Both the position numbers and the translations under genes were made by a program. Under the pieces are notes generated by a model. That model saw only the letters and a program-made list of their open reading frames with translations, was not told the DNA's origin and did no database searches. Below are positions 14,117 through 33,905 of a DNA stretch of 64,000 bases, one piece after another. The DNA comes from the human T2T-CHM13v2.0 reference genome, Homo sapiens, in the NCBI RefSeq assembly GCF_009914755.1, contig NC_060935.1. One strand, 5' to 3'. The first letter of the stretch is position 1; the number at the start of each line of letters is the position of its first letter.

Positions 14117-14892
14117 CTGCAAAGAAATTAAAAGTTTTCTGATCAGTATTTCATAGAAATCAGGATGGGCCCCAAAGCCACACTGCTTCTGTACTAGGCC
14201 CAGATGAGCAGCATGGCCAGAGGGCAGTTGAGGAAAGTGGTGGACATGGGCCTGTGAGGTCTCCCAGCCAGGAATAGTGGTGAGAGCTCTAGTTGGTGTG
14301 CCGTACTGTGGCAAAGATGGTTTATTAGGATCTATAACTAGGCCTTTTTGTACAGGATAGCTTACATACTAGGATGTGAAATATGTATCTCAGACATCTG
14401 CACCCTTGGGCAGCCCATGGGAAATCTGATAGCCAAAGCAAGAGGTCAAGCACTGGCCCGTGGCCCAGCCCTAATAGCTGAGGTAGATGAGAAGCCAGTC
14501 CTTGACAGGAGGAACCCCTCAACTCTGATGATTCAAACCAGATGTGGAAAGAATGAACCAAGAAATGCCCAAGGAAACAGATATACCTTCTGACAGGGAA
14601 GCTGGAAATCAGGGCAGCTGCCTCTGTGACTGTATGACCACTGAAGCATACTCTTCCTGGTCAGGAAGCCAGATGGGGAAGACTCTTTAGGAACTGTCTG
14701 GCCCATATCAGGGCTCAAAGCTATTCCTCAGGCTGGCTACTGCCAGGAGGGGTTGGTTCCGGAACATTCCTTGCAGAAGATGGTTGGCAGCACTCCCATC
14801 AGGCCACTGACTACCCACACTTCTGACCAGAGGAAGTAAAGCACCCACAGAAGCCACAGCCAAGACCTGACTAAGGCTGCTCGGGCAACTAA

Positions 14893-15279
<387 letters not shown>

Positions 15280-15472
15280 TGGAAAATCACTTTTATTGAG
15301 ACTCTTTTCCAGTAGTGAAGCCTGGTCCCCCACTGATGATGGGGAGCAAATCTGGTTTCTTCATAACCATAACCCTAGCTCAGAGTAAGGAGAGCCATGT
15401 TCAGAAGTTACTTAGCCTGGTTCCTTTGCCCTCATGCCTCCAGGGCCCCTGGTGCCCCTAGGTGTGTGTCTA

Positions 15473-15721
<249 letters not shown>

Positions 15722-16925
15722 TTAAAGAAAACAGAAATATAGTTTCATCTTGACCCCAAAGTACCCCAAGCTCACTGTCAGGCAAACCCCTAACATTTAT
15801 AGAGTCCAGGGGAGGAAGAGTATGAATGGAGTTCAAATACCATATTTCTAAATATTTAAAAATCATAAATCAAGATAAATTATTAAATAAAACATTCTCC
15901 AATCCTCCCTCCTACATTGAGAAATGTAACTTCCTAATGACGTAGAAGGTCAAGTTCAATAGAGAATTCTTGGATTCCTCAGAATTTTATACTAACAAGT
16001 GGTAGCACTGGAGGAGCTGGCCCCAGCCCCCTGTCCTTGGCCTCTCTTCTCCACCCACCCCTATCTTACATTCTAAGGGTCTTAACATGAATCATTATGT
16101 ATACCCCAGCCCACAAAGTCAAACTCTGTCCACTCTGTCAAACCTGCTACTTTTTGCCATTCTTTGGGCCTTGGGGTCCATGCACTGACTTAGGAGACTG
16201 ACTTGGAGAAGTAGCCTGGTGAGCAGCCTGAATTTGGGCAAAGAATTCTGAAGTACCCAGACAGAGTATGGTTTAGATGAAGGAGGGGCATCTAAGCATG
16301 TACCTTTGGTTTCTTGTACTGCTCACCTCCATGAGGAGGATGCAGCTGGAGGAAGGCCAGACTAGGGTTCTATGATTGGGGCCCAGGGGAGGGGCCTCTC
16401 TTGGCCCTAAGTAATGGTGGAACTGCTTATCAGACCAGTCTGTTCCATTCCAGGGCGTGTGTTATGTAGATGTGCATGGTGGGGCAGTTGCCCCGAGATA
16501 TGTTATCCTTCTTGGGCTTGGCTCCGAATATCTCTGCTTCCTACAGGGGTCCTTCCATGGCTTTGGTACAGATGAACTTAAAGAAACCTTTTCTAAAGTA
16601 TTTTAAGGTTTTTCAGCTTAGACCACCTGTTGATATTTCAAATTTTGTTAGTTCTTTCTTTCTGGGGAAAGGTGCCTTGCTTTGATTCTCTGCAAGTTTT
16701 CCCTTCTAGGTTTTGAGAGCCAGCTCCTAATTTTTGTGGCAAGAATTTAGGGAACAGTCTCCATTTGTGTCACAACCCAAACCTATAGTGTCTCAAACTT
16801 TGAAATAGCTTTTTGGTATGAAACCTAGTCCAATGTTTATAAAAAGCTTAAACTGCTTATATATGTTAAAACTAAGGAAAACCTTAACACAAAATTTCAG
16901 AAAGTGAAACATAAATGATTTCTTA

Positions 16926-17066
<141 letters not shown>

Positions 17067-17904
17067 TTAAAAAAATCCAACAAAACAAAATTAAATAAAT
17101 TCACACTTTGCCAAAAAACGTATGATGCATGCAGCAGATAAAAAAGTGGAATATTTTTTATGGCTTTAAAAACAGCAACATTTGTGTGAAAACCTTAGAA
17201 AATAACTGCAAAGCTAAAGACCGGAATGAATTTCATCGCTACAGGGAAACAGATCCAGATGGAGGAAACATCTGATAAAGTTTGCCTAAGCAGCCAGCAG
17301 TCTATCAATCATGACTCTTCCAACCCTCATCCTGCATCTATATCTAGATTCAAAGAAGTCCATGCAGGAGGCAGTCTACACTTTTCAAGAGAAAATGGAA
17401 GGACTTCAGAGTTGATTTGATGAAGCTCAGTAAAAAACATAATTTTATGTTTCTCTTTTAAGTTGTTGGCTGTTTGTTTATTATGAAGCCATTTAAAGAG
17501 TTTTCTTGTTTAGCAGTGTATATATACTGCAGATCATGGTTACTGAGACTCTAGATGACAGAAGCGTGTAGTCTGTGTCCTTGGGTGACTTAAAAATAAA
17601 AGCAGAACTTTTATACCTTTTTCAAATAGTCAATCTATTACTAACATGAGCCCACTTTGTTTTTAATAGGGAGGAAAATGTGTTGGGGTGAGGCAAAAAG
17701 TAGTTCTTTAAAAGGCCATGAAGGGTGTCTCAGCAGTGGTGTCTTGCTTGGAATGAAGTGACATAGTCAAAATCAACATGCATTTTACCAGTTTATCAAA
17801 AAAAAAAAAAAAAAGACTCAAGCCCAAGATGGCATGAAATTCTATAATATGTGGGGCCCCTAAGACTAATTAACAGTTTCTTCTCTACCTTTTAACTGCA
17901 GGGT

Positions 17905-18085
17905 CCAGTGCAGTAGTTCTCAACCTTGGACATGGATTTAAAAAACCAAGGGCTTTAAAAAAATCCCAGTGTCCAGGTCTCACCTCAGACCAATTAAATC
18001 AGAATCTCTGGGGATGGCCCGAGATATTAGTTATTTTAAAAGTTCAAGTAACTCCAATGTCCAAAGTTGCAAATGCTCTAGGGGT
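17905..18085. mobile_element. MER5-like fragment
   Basis: cagtagttctcaaccttgg ... ccaattaaatcagaatctctggggatgg. Confidence 0.65.
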
Positions 18086-18522
18086 TGCAGTAAGATTTTG
18101 AAAGCCACCTTGTATATTGCTCCATTTGGCGCCTTGAGGCATGGATTAGACTGAAAGGCTGTGTGGTAGTCAGCCCAAGTTGAAATAGGCTCTAGGCACC
18201 TTTGTAGACAGAAAGAGAATGAGCTGAAACCAGAAGAGGAGATGCAATACATGGCCCTCTGTTCCTTAGGGCTGTTGTAACATCTTGTAATTGGAACCAA
18301 GTCCAATGGACTTTTCTTACAGTATCCATATGGCTGGCTTAGGGCAACATGTACACATATAAGGAACATCTTAAAAACAGTCCAAATCAGACAGCTAGTG
18401 CCAAATCCTATCAAATTATAACCCTATAATCCAGTATGTAATAATCAACATATTAAGCTTTTAGGACACAGGAGAATTCATTGTGTTTAAGTTTTTCTGA
18501 TAAAATCTTAAAAATTATGACT

Positions 18523-18853
<331 letters not shown>

Positions 18854-19134
18854 TTACTTACTCTCCACTTCGTCATTTTGGCAGATAGAGGGTAGTTACC
18901 ACAGGTGTTCCTAAACAAGGTTTCACTGTAGGCCTGATAACGAGTGCATCTACCAGAACACAAGAAGGAACAGACTTCAAGTAGGCAACCTAGTCTGGAC
19001 TAGGGACACGAAACTAGGCTTCCTTGATGTTGATTAGGTGGGTGGCCTAACATCCAGAGAGGAGGCTGGGTAGATGATTTCTACTGAGGCTTCGGCAATG
19101 ACATTCTAGGATTCGAAATGCATGTTTATGTGTT

Positions 19135-19446
19135 GTTTTTGAGACAGGGTCTCAACCCTGTCACCCAGGCTGGAGTGCAGTGGTGTGATCTCGGCTCACT
19201 GCAGCCTTGACCTCCTGGGCTCAAGTGATCCTCCCACCGCAGCCTCCTGAACAGCTGCAACTACAGGAGTGCGCCACCACACCCAGCTAATTTGTGTGTG
19301 TGTGTGTGTGTTTTTTTTTTTTTTTTGTAGAGATGGGGTTTTGTCATGTTGCCCAGGCTGGTCTTGAACTCCTGGGGCTCAAGCAAGCCGCCCACCTCAG
19401 CCTCTCAAAGTGCTAGGATTATAGGTGTGAGCCATTGCACCCAGCC
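19135..19446 (-). mobile_element. Alu (J-like) with (TG)n/T tract in the linker
   Basis: Reverse Alu. Confidence 0.92.
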
Positions 19447-19559
19447 TGTGTTTATGAGTTTTAAGAGGAAACATGTTTCATAGGATGGAAATGCTTATAT
19501 TTTCAAATAATCATGATAATCTTTCAATATATACCAAACATATCTTTTTATCCGCATCA

Positions 19560-20210
<651 letters not shown>

Positions 20211-20354
20211 AGACCTTGTTGCTTCTCTAATGAAGAGAACCATCATCTACTATAGGAGAAGCCTTGGTCTTTGGCCACATCTGCATGCTGCTAAGGTAAT
20301 TTGCTGATCAGCTTAATTCAGCAAAACAAACTGCTTTATTAAAAAACCAAAAAC

Positions 20355-20575
20355 TTAGCCTGGGCAAGATGGCAGAACCCTATGTCTACAAAAAGTACAA
20401 AAATTATGTGGGCATGGGGGCACATGCCTGTGGTCCCAGCTACTCAGGAGGCTGAGGTGGGATATCGCTTGAGTCCCAGTGGCAGAGGTTGCAGTGAGCC
20501 GAGATCCTGCCACCGCACTCCAGCCGGGGAGACAGAGGAGACCCTGCCTCAAAAACAAAACAAAACAAAACAAAA
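20355..20575 (+). mobile_element. Alu, 5'-truncated, (CAAAA)n tail
   Basis: Alu right arm. Confidence 0.88.
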
Positions 20576-20762
20576 TACCACTGCCCCCCTGCCCACGAAA
20601 CAAAAAAACAAACCAAAAAAACCCCAAAAAACACAACTACTCCAAGGAGGCAAATACCTGCGTTTTACTCCCAATATTTGTACATGTTGTTCCTTTCAGT
20701 GATAAAGCTGAGTGACATGGTGACCCCTGTAGGTACAGGTCAGTCCACTTAAGACCAGGCCT

Positions 20763-21108
<346 letters not shown>

Positions 21109-21604
21109 TTATACTTACTACCTTCCCAATAAGCAGTATGCAGATGCTTAAGAAATTAAGGTTTCTGATTGTGATGTGAAGAATAACAATTCCATGAGCC
21201 AACAAAGGTCTGGAAGTATAAACAGGGTGGAAAATGGTCTCACCAGTGCTCTTTCCCTTATCAAAAGTATGCAATATCATACTAGACAATTTCAATAGGA
21301 TGCCCTGGAAAGCGGTATTTCCTGATTTCAGATTTAAAACTGAGAACATCAGTAAATATTTTCTTGGAATTAAGAGTCCTCTTTGTGGTACTGAGTGCAT
21401 ATAATATATTGAACAGAACTGATTTTCGTTTGCTTAACAAAAATGGTCATGTGTTTCCTCTCCCCCGTAACAGTTATAAAAGTAAGAATGTAAAATTCCC
21501 TTGGGAAATGTTTTTACCGGGGCTGACTTTCAGAATCTACTCATTACAACTATCATTGCTATTAAAAAAATAGTTCATCACTATCATTACTAATGCGAGT
21601 GATG

Positions 21605-21860
21605 TCTAAAATTTATTGAGCGCTTACTATGCGCTAGTGATTGGGCTAAGAGGCTAAGTGACTGTGTGAAGTTTACAACTTTTTCCTCATGTGATCATCA
21701 TGGCCCTGACAGGTGGGATGGTATTACTGTCCTTGTTTTAAAGATGAGGAAACTGAGGCTCAGAGAGGTACTTAACCCCTCCCCAAAATACTCAGTTGGT
21801 AACTGGCAATGCTGGGATTTTACCCTGGTCTGTTTCGTCTAGAGCACAGGGTCTTAGCTG
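21605..21860. mobile_element. MIR
   Basis: tttattgagcgcttactatg ... agatgaggaaactgaggctcagagagg. Confidence 0.8.
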
Positions 21861-22103
21861 TATTCAAGCTGCCTCCAAGGGCAGGCACCCTTCCTACCAG
21901 AGTGCATCAGGGTTGGAAAAACTAGGAGTCAAATGTTTCTTCTCAAACAGTGTGATCACTTTGAGGTATCAAAATAGTAAACATATTTAATTTTAGAAAG
22001 ATGCTATAGGAATGACCACCTGCTAAGAGCTAACGTGGCACGTAATTTCAGAATTTGGCCACTTATCCACTCCTCTACATTCATAGTTCAGAGTTAAACC
22101 TTA

Positions 22104-22364
<261 letters not shown>

Positions 22365-22424
22365 TCAAACAGAACAAAAAGTGGATGCCAGGCCACTGAA
22401 GGCTTAACTGAAACATGCAGGAGA

Positions 22425-22720
22425 CCATTCAGTCATTCACTCAACAAATACCTGAATCCCTACCATAAGTAGAGATGGGAAGGGAACCAGCTTTTCCGAG
22501 CACCTACTGTGTGCCAGACACCAGACGAGGGTTTTTTTTTTTTAAATAAACATAATCTCATTTAATCTCTACGGTATAGCAAGAGAGGCATTATTATCTC
22601 CACTTTACAATTGAGAAAGCATAGGATCAGCAAGATTAAGACATTTACCCAATGACATTAAACAGTAGTTAGTGAGCCCAAATTTAACCCTGGCTTATTA
22701 GGCTCCAAAGTCTCTACCCC
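22425..22720. mobile_element. L2 tail and MIR fragments
   Basis: cattcactcaacaaata; gagcacctactgtgtgccag. Confidence 0.65.
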
Positions 22721-24061
22721 ACTCACTACATTATACTGTGTTTGGCAATTGATAGATATATATTAACATAAGTTATGGTTCTTGCTTTCCAGGCAACTGT
22801 GGTGTAATAGTGTGACATACAACAAGAAAAATTGTTCTTACAGAAGTTTGGCAATGAAAAGGATTGAGAAGAGAAGGTGGCTGCTTAAGGGGACAGCAAG
22901 AGATGTTTTCTGGTCAAAAGAAATGTGTGTGTGTCTGAAGGCAATCCAGAAGGAGCCAGTAGAGAAAACAAATTTTAGAAAAATTTGTTAGCTAATAACT
23001 AAGAGAATAAGATCCTGGGAAAGCAAGAATGAATGAGGCTCGGGCCTAGATTTAGGGAACAGCTTTGGAAACAGGGAGGGATGAAAGGTAAGCAAGAGAA
23101 AGATAGTTCAAGTGCCAAGGGAAAGGGCAGGAGCTAATGCCTTTTAGCCCTAATTTTTCATCAGTAAATTAGGCAGTGAGGTCATTGGGCACAGGAATAG
23201 GAATGAGTGAATGACATGGGAGGCAGAAGGCTGGGCAAAGCTTGGAATGGTCATTGAGCTATAGCATGCTTTAGGCAAACCGTATACAGACTGTGGAGCC
23301 ATCTTACATTGGCAGAGGGTAGGCTGATGACCCTGTGACACTCCCTAGTCTGCCTCGCAATCTCACCTCTATATTGCTCAAACAATCTCTCATGACCAGC
23401 TAGAAAATTTTGTTTGGCTGAAGTAAGTTCCAATCATAATTGTACTTGCTCAAAAGCTGGTTCAAATTAACACTAAATTTAGGCAAGCTGTCTAAAAGTC
23501 AGCGTTCTCCTCCATGTTTAATTTGGCAATACGGACCTGTACTTAGTCAGCTGGGTCAGCCAAAGTGAGCAGGCATGTGTGTGATAATGTTGATTGTCCA
23601 GTGGACCAATGGGAATTTAAAGTCGTGATCTGGATATCATTGATTTATCAAAATTTATCATCTGGTTAGGAACCTGGTTTTCTGTGATCATTAAAGGGTT
23701 TTCTACATTTTCTTATTGGCTTTTGAATTGAAGTAAAATTTTAGCTTGTAAGTAATGTAAAATAAAATGGATTTTAGGAAGATGCATTAAAAAAGAGTTT
23801 GACTCCTATGCAGTGGGCCTGCAAACCACGGAACTGCTTCCTTGATGTGAGCCAATGCCTTCCTGTTGCATCAGATCTCCACAGGACAGCAGAGCTTTCC
23901 ATGGGACATGGCTCTGAATAGCTAGGTAGCGTGCCATACTCCAGGTTTGTAGAACTGTAAGCATTTGTATTACGTAGAGTTTTCTCATCAGTGAAAATGA
24001 AGGGATAAGAAATCATGGGTTTCCTATGATCATGCAATACAAGCAACTAATTATAAAAACT

Positions 24062-24372
24062 GGCTGGGCGTGGTGGCTCACGCCTGTAATCCCAGCACCT
24101 TTGGGAGACCAAGGTGGAAGGATCTCGAGGCCAGGAGTTTGAGACCAACCTGGGCAACATAGTGAGACCTTTTCTCTACAAAAATTAAAACAAACAATTA
24201 GCCAGGTGTGGTGGCATGTGCCTGTAGCCCCAGCTACTCAGGAGGCTGAGGAGGAGGATCGCTTGTGTCCAGGAGTTCGAAGCTGCAGTGGAGCCACAAT
24301 TGTGCCACTGTACTCCAGCCTGGGTGACAGAGTGAGACCCTGTCTCTGAATGAATGAATGAATGAATGAATA
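24062..24372 (+). mobile_element. Alu (J-like) with (TGAA)n tail
   Basis: Alu consensus; tgaa repeats at 24347-24370. Confidence 0.93.
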
Positions 24373-25038
24373 AATGATAAAGGCTCAACTTGAGGAGTTT
24401 ATAATTATAATAAAACAAGCAGATGTGACACATAATTAAGGATCAATATTAAAAAATCTTTTATTTCCTTGTTTTGTTAGCCCTCTATGTGTGTCTCAGT
24501 AGTCAACCATGTCCCTTAATACAGCAATTCTCATTCAAACGCTTGCCTCTACTGATACTTATGCACAGCAAAGAAGGCCCTGGGTTTGACTCTCTAGTAG
24601 GCCTGGTTCTCTGGTCTTCCTGGCTCCTTTCTTAAGCATTGCTCAGACCTCAAGTTTCCCCCTCAACCTGTCCTGTAATGCCATACAGAGCTCTCCAGTC
24701 TGAGCTGTTGCTTTGGAATCAACAGCCCCACCCCAAGGAGCCAGTGATGGAGAGGGGGGTTACTCAGATTGTGGATGCTGGGACAGAAGAAGGGGACAGG
24801 GCAACTAAGGATGGAACTTGGTTCCCTACCATCTGAATCCTGGGGATGAGAAATCTGCAGTGTGCTCAGGCAGGGTGAGCTCCAAGGACAACTGCCCCAA
24901 CAGCCCTTGGGATAAACCTTCAGTAGTCACAGGCCAGCCCCTCACTCACTGTTTCCAAGGGAGGAAGAGTTCTTTCCACTGAACCAGTCTACAATATGTT
25001 CTAAAATTTCTTTTAAAAATCTTTATTAAAGCCTCAAG

Positions 25039-25378
<340 letters not shown>

Positions 25379-26214
25379 TCAAAATAACATTTCTCTCAAT
25401 GACTATTCTTCATAGAAACCAGATACCTCATACATACTTGTATCTTTTCTTGATGATTCTGATATTTAATCTACTCAGGAATACAATTTTGAAGACCCAC
25501 TTCTGAGGTAACAGTAGAATGGAAATATGATCTTAAGTTGAACTTACAGGCATTTCAGGGAGATCATGTGCTCAGATTAAAAGTGAAACGTCTTTACAAG
25601 TCAAAAAATGCTTTCGTAGCCCAGTATATTGGCCTCACCACAAGCCCTCTACAGTTATGCTAGAAAGGTTAGACAATTTTCCAAGGCCTCTTGTACCCAC
25701 TCCACTGGGACTGGAATTGGTGCTTGGAGAAAGCATCAAGGTGTATACGCTTGGGGGCACTATGCATGTGTCCTCCTGTGTGCCACAGGAGCACCTGCAG
25801 TCGCTAACTGGGGTTGAAAAACAAACCTCCCCCAAACTGGGGTTAACGATCAGGTCTACTGGAAGTGGAAGAGAAGATGCAGAGCAATTTGTTTTTTACT
25901 CTTCAGCAATAAAGTAACAAGCATGTAAACATTTCTTTGGTGGAAAAAGAAAAGTCAGATAGACCTCAAGCCTGGGTTGATTAGTACCTAGATACCACGT
26001 TTAGAATCCGACATTAAGAAACATAAGGAATTTTCTGAGATGTCTTTCTTCCATCATGTAAGAAGAAATGATGAGATGGCTGAACTCTTACGGTGCTTAG
26101 ATTTCTAGGAAGCAAGAAAAATCATACTTTCTCCATTGAGTCCTGCACCCCAGTGACTCAGTTTGTCCAGTTCACTGGCTTCTTTTCCTCTTTGCAAATG
26201 GAACTCACCTAGAC

Positions 26215-27380
<1,166 letters not shown>

Positions 27381-30300
27381 TTGTTGGCCACAAGATTTTG
27401 GGGACCTAAAGGCAAGTGTGCTTCAAATAAATTTAGCCTTATTATATTATGTAGAATTGGGAATGATAGGTATTTCAGCTAATAAATTAATTCTATGTCA
27501 GCATTTCCCTAAGTATGGTGATGAATAGAGTTTTAGGCTTCTCTCAGGTATCATCTGGATTTTGTTGTTCAAAATAATTTTGTATTTATTTTGTTGCAGG
27601 TTAAAAAGTATACAGACTTAAAAGACTAAACTGCATGAAGCATTTTAGTTTTGTTTTTCCGTTATGGAGTGAAACTTGCCAACTTCACTTATTTATAAGA
27701 AGAGAATCTGAAATGGAATTTGGAGAAACATGAATTTATAGGGTCTTTTTTTTTGCCCATGTGCCATTAAGTACTTTGTAAAATTTAAAGGCCTATAAAA
27801 ATAAGCTATGACTCAAACCCCTGGAAAGATCAACATTTTGGAAGTAAAGTTTAATACATTAAAACTGGATTCTGCTTTCAGAATTATAAATATTGAGCTA
27901 CAAGAGACACTATACATCAACACGTGAAAACCTGGATATGGTTAAACAGACCCTAGGAGAGTGTATAGCTAATATTAATTTTTGTTATTTCACAAATTAA
28001 GATTTAACAAACATTGTGTGCTTTGTGTTACATCCTTCCATATTACATGGCCTTAAATATTAAGCTTTGATGCAAAATTGCCTTGTTATAAAACAGATTG
28101 GATTATGTTCATTTTTGCCAGTTTGCAGTTGAATAGGCAGCAGACAGCAGAAACTCTTGAATATACCAACAATCCATTAGCTACAGCTATTTTGCCAATA
28201 TTACTGGATAAATTTTAGAATAACCAACCTGTGTGGGGGCAGCTTAGCTGCTCACATATGTGCTCACAAGGAAGGCTCATATCTTCAAAAGGCAAATAGC
28301 TTTTTTCTTTGGGGTAGGACCTAGCATAGTGCTGTCATAAGGTAACCATGAGGAGAATCACATAAAGCCAGACCAAAGTGAATCAATTTACAATTTGAAT
28401 AAACTTTGAAATCACAGTAAAAAATACTGAAAAAGTTCTAAGATGCCCTCAAAGATTTACTCTAATGCCGAAATAAAGGGGATGCTTTCTTCACGTTTTC
28501 ATTCATACTATTCATGTTTTCTCCTGATATTATATTTTAAAAAGAAAGTTTACATAAAAATTTAATCTTTGTATATTGGATTTTTTTTAATTTGGCTCAA
28601 CTATTTTAAGAAAAGGGAGTCCTGTAATGATATCATTTGAGCTAAGCCAATTTCTTTTAGAAGCAAAAAATCTGCCAGATGTTGCTATTATGAAACAGTG
28701 AGCTAGCATTTATAATTCATTTGACACCTGGATATACTGGCGTAAACAATGGCTTTTTATATGATGAGGCAGTTCTAATTTAAGTTCAGTGCTTCATCTG
28801 TTTTCTTGTAACTTTATTAGTACTAATGGACAAGCCTAGGCATATGTCCATGGACTGCCTTTTGGCATTCAATGTTAGAAATGGTTAATAAGCAGGGAAC
28901 ACATTCCATCTGGGAAAGCTTCACTTGCTGCTGTGTAATTTTGAACCTGTTTTTTTGATGTTTCTGGGCCTAGTTCTGTTGTGTGTCCCTGAGAGACTGA
29001 GGGCAGCACTAATTCGAATTATCTGGTAAAAGCCAGAGTCATGTAAAGCACTAGTGTTCACTTGAAAGGCATTCAAAGAAGGCATTTTCTAATGCCTAAA
29101 ACCAGTATGTCGAAGATGATGAAACACTACCTTATAATTAAGTCAGCAAGAGTCAGAAAAACTATTTGCTAACTATAGTCTTCTTAGATTCCTCTGTTTT
29201 TGAGTGAATAAACAATCCCTTTTCAGCACAAAATAATTTGCATCACCAAAGCTGATACCTCTGGTAGCCAAGCATGCTTTACTTACTGCAATTAAGGTCA
29301 TATGCTTGCTTTGCTATGACTTGTCTGCACTTAGGTTATTATGTATGAGGTATTAAGTGAAAGGAGGATTCAGGCAAATTCTTAAAAATTTATGTTTTAA
29401 TTTAAAAAATTTTAATTTGGCACAGCCAGATTTGAAGTCATACTGATAGGGTCTCTAGATCCTGAACAATATTACTTTTTACAGTTTGTGAAGCATTCAC
29501 CTACAAATAATCGAACTTTAATTAAAAGTTAACTTCTGTTTTTGATTTCAGAATCAACTGGTTTATATAAAACATTTGAATTTTAACTCTTTACTTGAAA
29601 AAAAAACAGATGAATCTTAAATTCAGCTGATTAGTAAATAAAACAAAACAGCAGAAATTAAGCATATACCCCAAATTGTTTTAATTAACTTAGGCTTTTG
29701 TAGTTTTAGCATCTATTGTATTCTAAAGATAATAGGAATGTAAGTTATGCTACATCTTAGTGTATGTTAAATTGCTTTAATCATACCACTTAAGGGGTAC
29801 TCACAGAATACAGGTTACCTTCCAGCATCTAGACCTCTCCCACTCCTCCCCCCCAGCCCCATCCCCAATAATAAAATAGAAGAATTTCATTCCAAGTAAG
29901 GATTATTGTACTTGGGAGACAATGATGTTCCCATCTTTGAGGACAGTGTATCTTACATGAGAACCTCCTATCTCTTACTGATTGTGAGTGGATTATTTCG
30001 CTGACCCTAATGTTTAGGTGTGCAGAATTCTGCAAGTTGAACATAGAGATTTAACATATTAAGTAGTCCATTTAACTTAAGCCAGATTTGGCTGTACAAG
30101 CTCATTCCCCTGGAATCCTCCCACATTAAAGGAATTTTTAAGAGGTAAAAAACCCAAAAGGGAGTGGGGAGAATGGGAGGAAACACAGCACTGGGCCAAA
30201 GCAATTCAGCAAATTTTTGAAAGATGGAAAATAGAAGGAAGAATAGCAGTAAATGATAGAAGAGGAGAAGCTATATTGGGATTCCTGCCAGGAGGAAAAT

Positions 30301-30809
30301 GATTTGAGAAGGTAACGATTTGCTGTGTAAACCCAGAAAGGCTCAGGGCACAGAGGCCCAAGTATTGAGTAATGCAGGGGTGAAATGGAGGCTATCGTGG
30401 GACTAGCTGGAAGTCTATGGAGGCAGGAAAGGACCCCAGGTCCTTTCCCACCCCATGTAGTCATATGATTACCCTTTTCAGAGCAACAGATCGGAGGTTT
30501 ATTTTCTGAAAAACAAACAAACAAAAAAACAAACCTGATAAGCTCTAGACTTGGGAACACCAGACACAACTGGGTTAGTGGAAACACTGAAAATAGCATG
30601 GAAAAAACGAAAAGCCTGCATTACTGAACTGGGATTTCCCTGGACCTATTTCCTGCCCTGTTTCCATAAAGCAAGCAGCCAGACCTACAAGTACTTTCTG
30701 GGCCCCAGACAAATTCTTCTCCGTAGAAACAAGGTAGCTGCTGTTTTCTTTTTCTGGAACTCTAGTTTACTGAGATGTTGGACTTACTAATTAAAGATTA
30801 TTATTTTTT

Positions 30810-31840
<1,031 letters not shown>

Positions 31841-31955
31841 ATATTCAAATCGGATATGTGGAAGGGTAATTCTTTAGGAAATGTGGAGCCACTGAAGGTT
31901 TTTGTTTGTTTGCTTTGAAGACTTTTGTGGAGGGGAATAAAAGGATTGTATCTGA

Positions 31956-32316
<361 letters not shown>

Positions 32317-33744
32317 TGATGAAGGGTGGTAAGAGCATGAACAAGACTTGTGGTCTTTCAAATTCTCATATATTCATTGAGATTATCTATTTATTGTCTA
32401 TTATATTCCAGAGACTGAAACTGTAATTGTGTTAGATACTAGGGATATGAAGACTAGTATGACATAGTCCCTGTTCCCAAGAATTCTCAGACTAAGTAGA
32501 GGGCAATAGTTACATACAAATAAACATACTTTAGTGCTATAGATGTTATCAAAGAAGTCTATACCTGACTCATTAGAAATACATATAAAGTGGGAGCGTG
32601 AGGGTCAGCAAAAGATTCAAAGAATTATGAACTAAAATAACATGTGTAGTGCTCAGAACAGTGCCTGGCACATAGTAAGCAGTCGACACAAATTAGTAAT
32701 TATTGTTAGTAATGGTGGTATACGGAGGCAGGAAATAGTCTAGTCCAATTGATAAGCATAATAAAAAAGCAAGATAAGAAGTGCTTTCATGAAGAACTCA
32801 TATGCTTTCACCTGCCTAGAAGTGAGAAGAGATAGATGCTTGCTCCTCTCCTTTGGCCTCAGGTAAGCTTTCTGTTTCAGAGACAATGGTCTCCAAACTT
32901 CTCCCTCATCTATTTGCCAAAAGGAGTATGAATAAAAGGGCCAATATTCAAACAGAAAACAAATATAGTATACTCTTTGCTGCAAAGAGTTTAAAGGTAC
33001 ATGCTTAACCTTGTGACCAGCTCCTCCAGTTACTGCTTGGACAGATCAATTGAAATTCGTCAATCGGTCTTGTCTTTAATAAGTAAATTAGAGCAGTAAA
33101 AAACATAGCTTCCTGTGTGTGGGGTGAAAGGTTGGAAAGTCACTGCTCATGAGTATGGAGTTTCTTTTTGGAGTGATAAAATGCTCTAAAATTGATTGTG
33201 GTAATTGTTACAAAACTTTGTGAATGGATTCAAAACCACTGAACACTTTAAATAGGTGAATTGTATGATATATATAGTTCAATAAAGCTGTTATTTACAA
33301 AAATTATGTAGTGATCTGGAAAGTTGATCAAGTGATTACTAGAATAAAAACAAAATAAAACATAACCACATACTAACTTGGTGTCATCACAGTTAGTTTC
33401 AACTCTGGTTCCTGAAAACATAGTTCTGCCTTTCTTTCCAATCGATATTTGAGGCCAGTGTGTTTCAAAGAGGCTCACCATTCCCACAAATGTTTGACAT
33501 GCCAGAACCCATTCATCCAACCCTGGGATTGTGGTCAAATGAAAGCTGGAAATAGGCCTGCTTTTCCTAGGCCAATTCAGTCTTCAACTTGCAAGCTCAG
33601 TGCCATCCAATTCTCAAACCCAATCCTGACCAAGGCCCCATCCAGAGGTCTGTATCTGATGTGCCTGCGATGAAGGCAGGAGGGAGCCTAGAGCAGTCAC
33701 ATCTCCCCTACCCTCACTGCATTTGAATGGATATACCTGGGCTC

Positions 33745-33905
33745 CCACTTATAAGTGAGAACATGAGGTATTTGGTTTTCTGCTTCTGCATCAATTTGCT
33801 TAGGATAATGGCCTCCAGCTATATCCATGTCATTGCAAAAGACATGATTTCATTCTTTTGTATGGCTGCATAGTATTCCATGGTATATATGTACCACAGT
33901 TTCTC
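33745..33905 (-). mobile_element. L1P 3' fragment
   Basis: cccacttataagtgagaacatg ... tatggctgcatagtattccatgg. Confidence 0.88.

Noticed and set aside
13931-14314. 127-aa ORF (also 38753-39187, 22101-22349, 7878-8072) as standalone genes
   Set aside because: Only the central spliced exon belongs to SBF2; the flanks are intronic read-through
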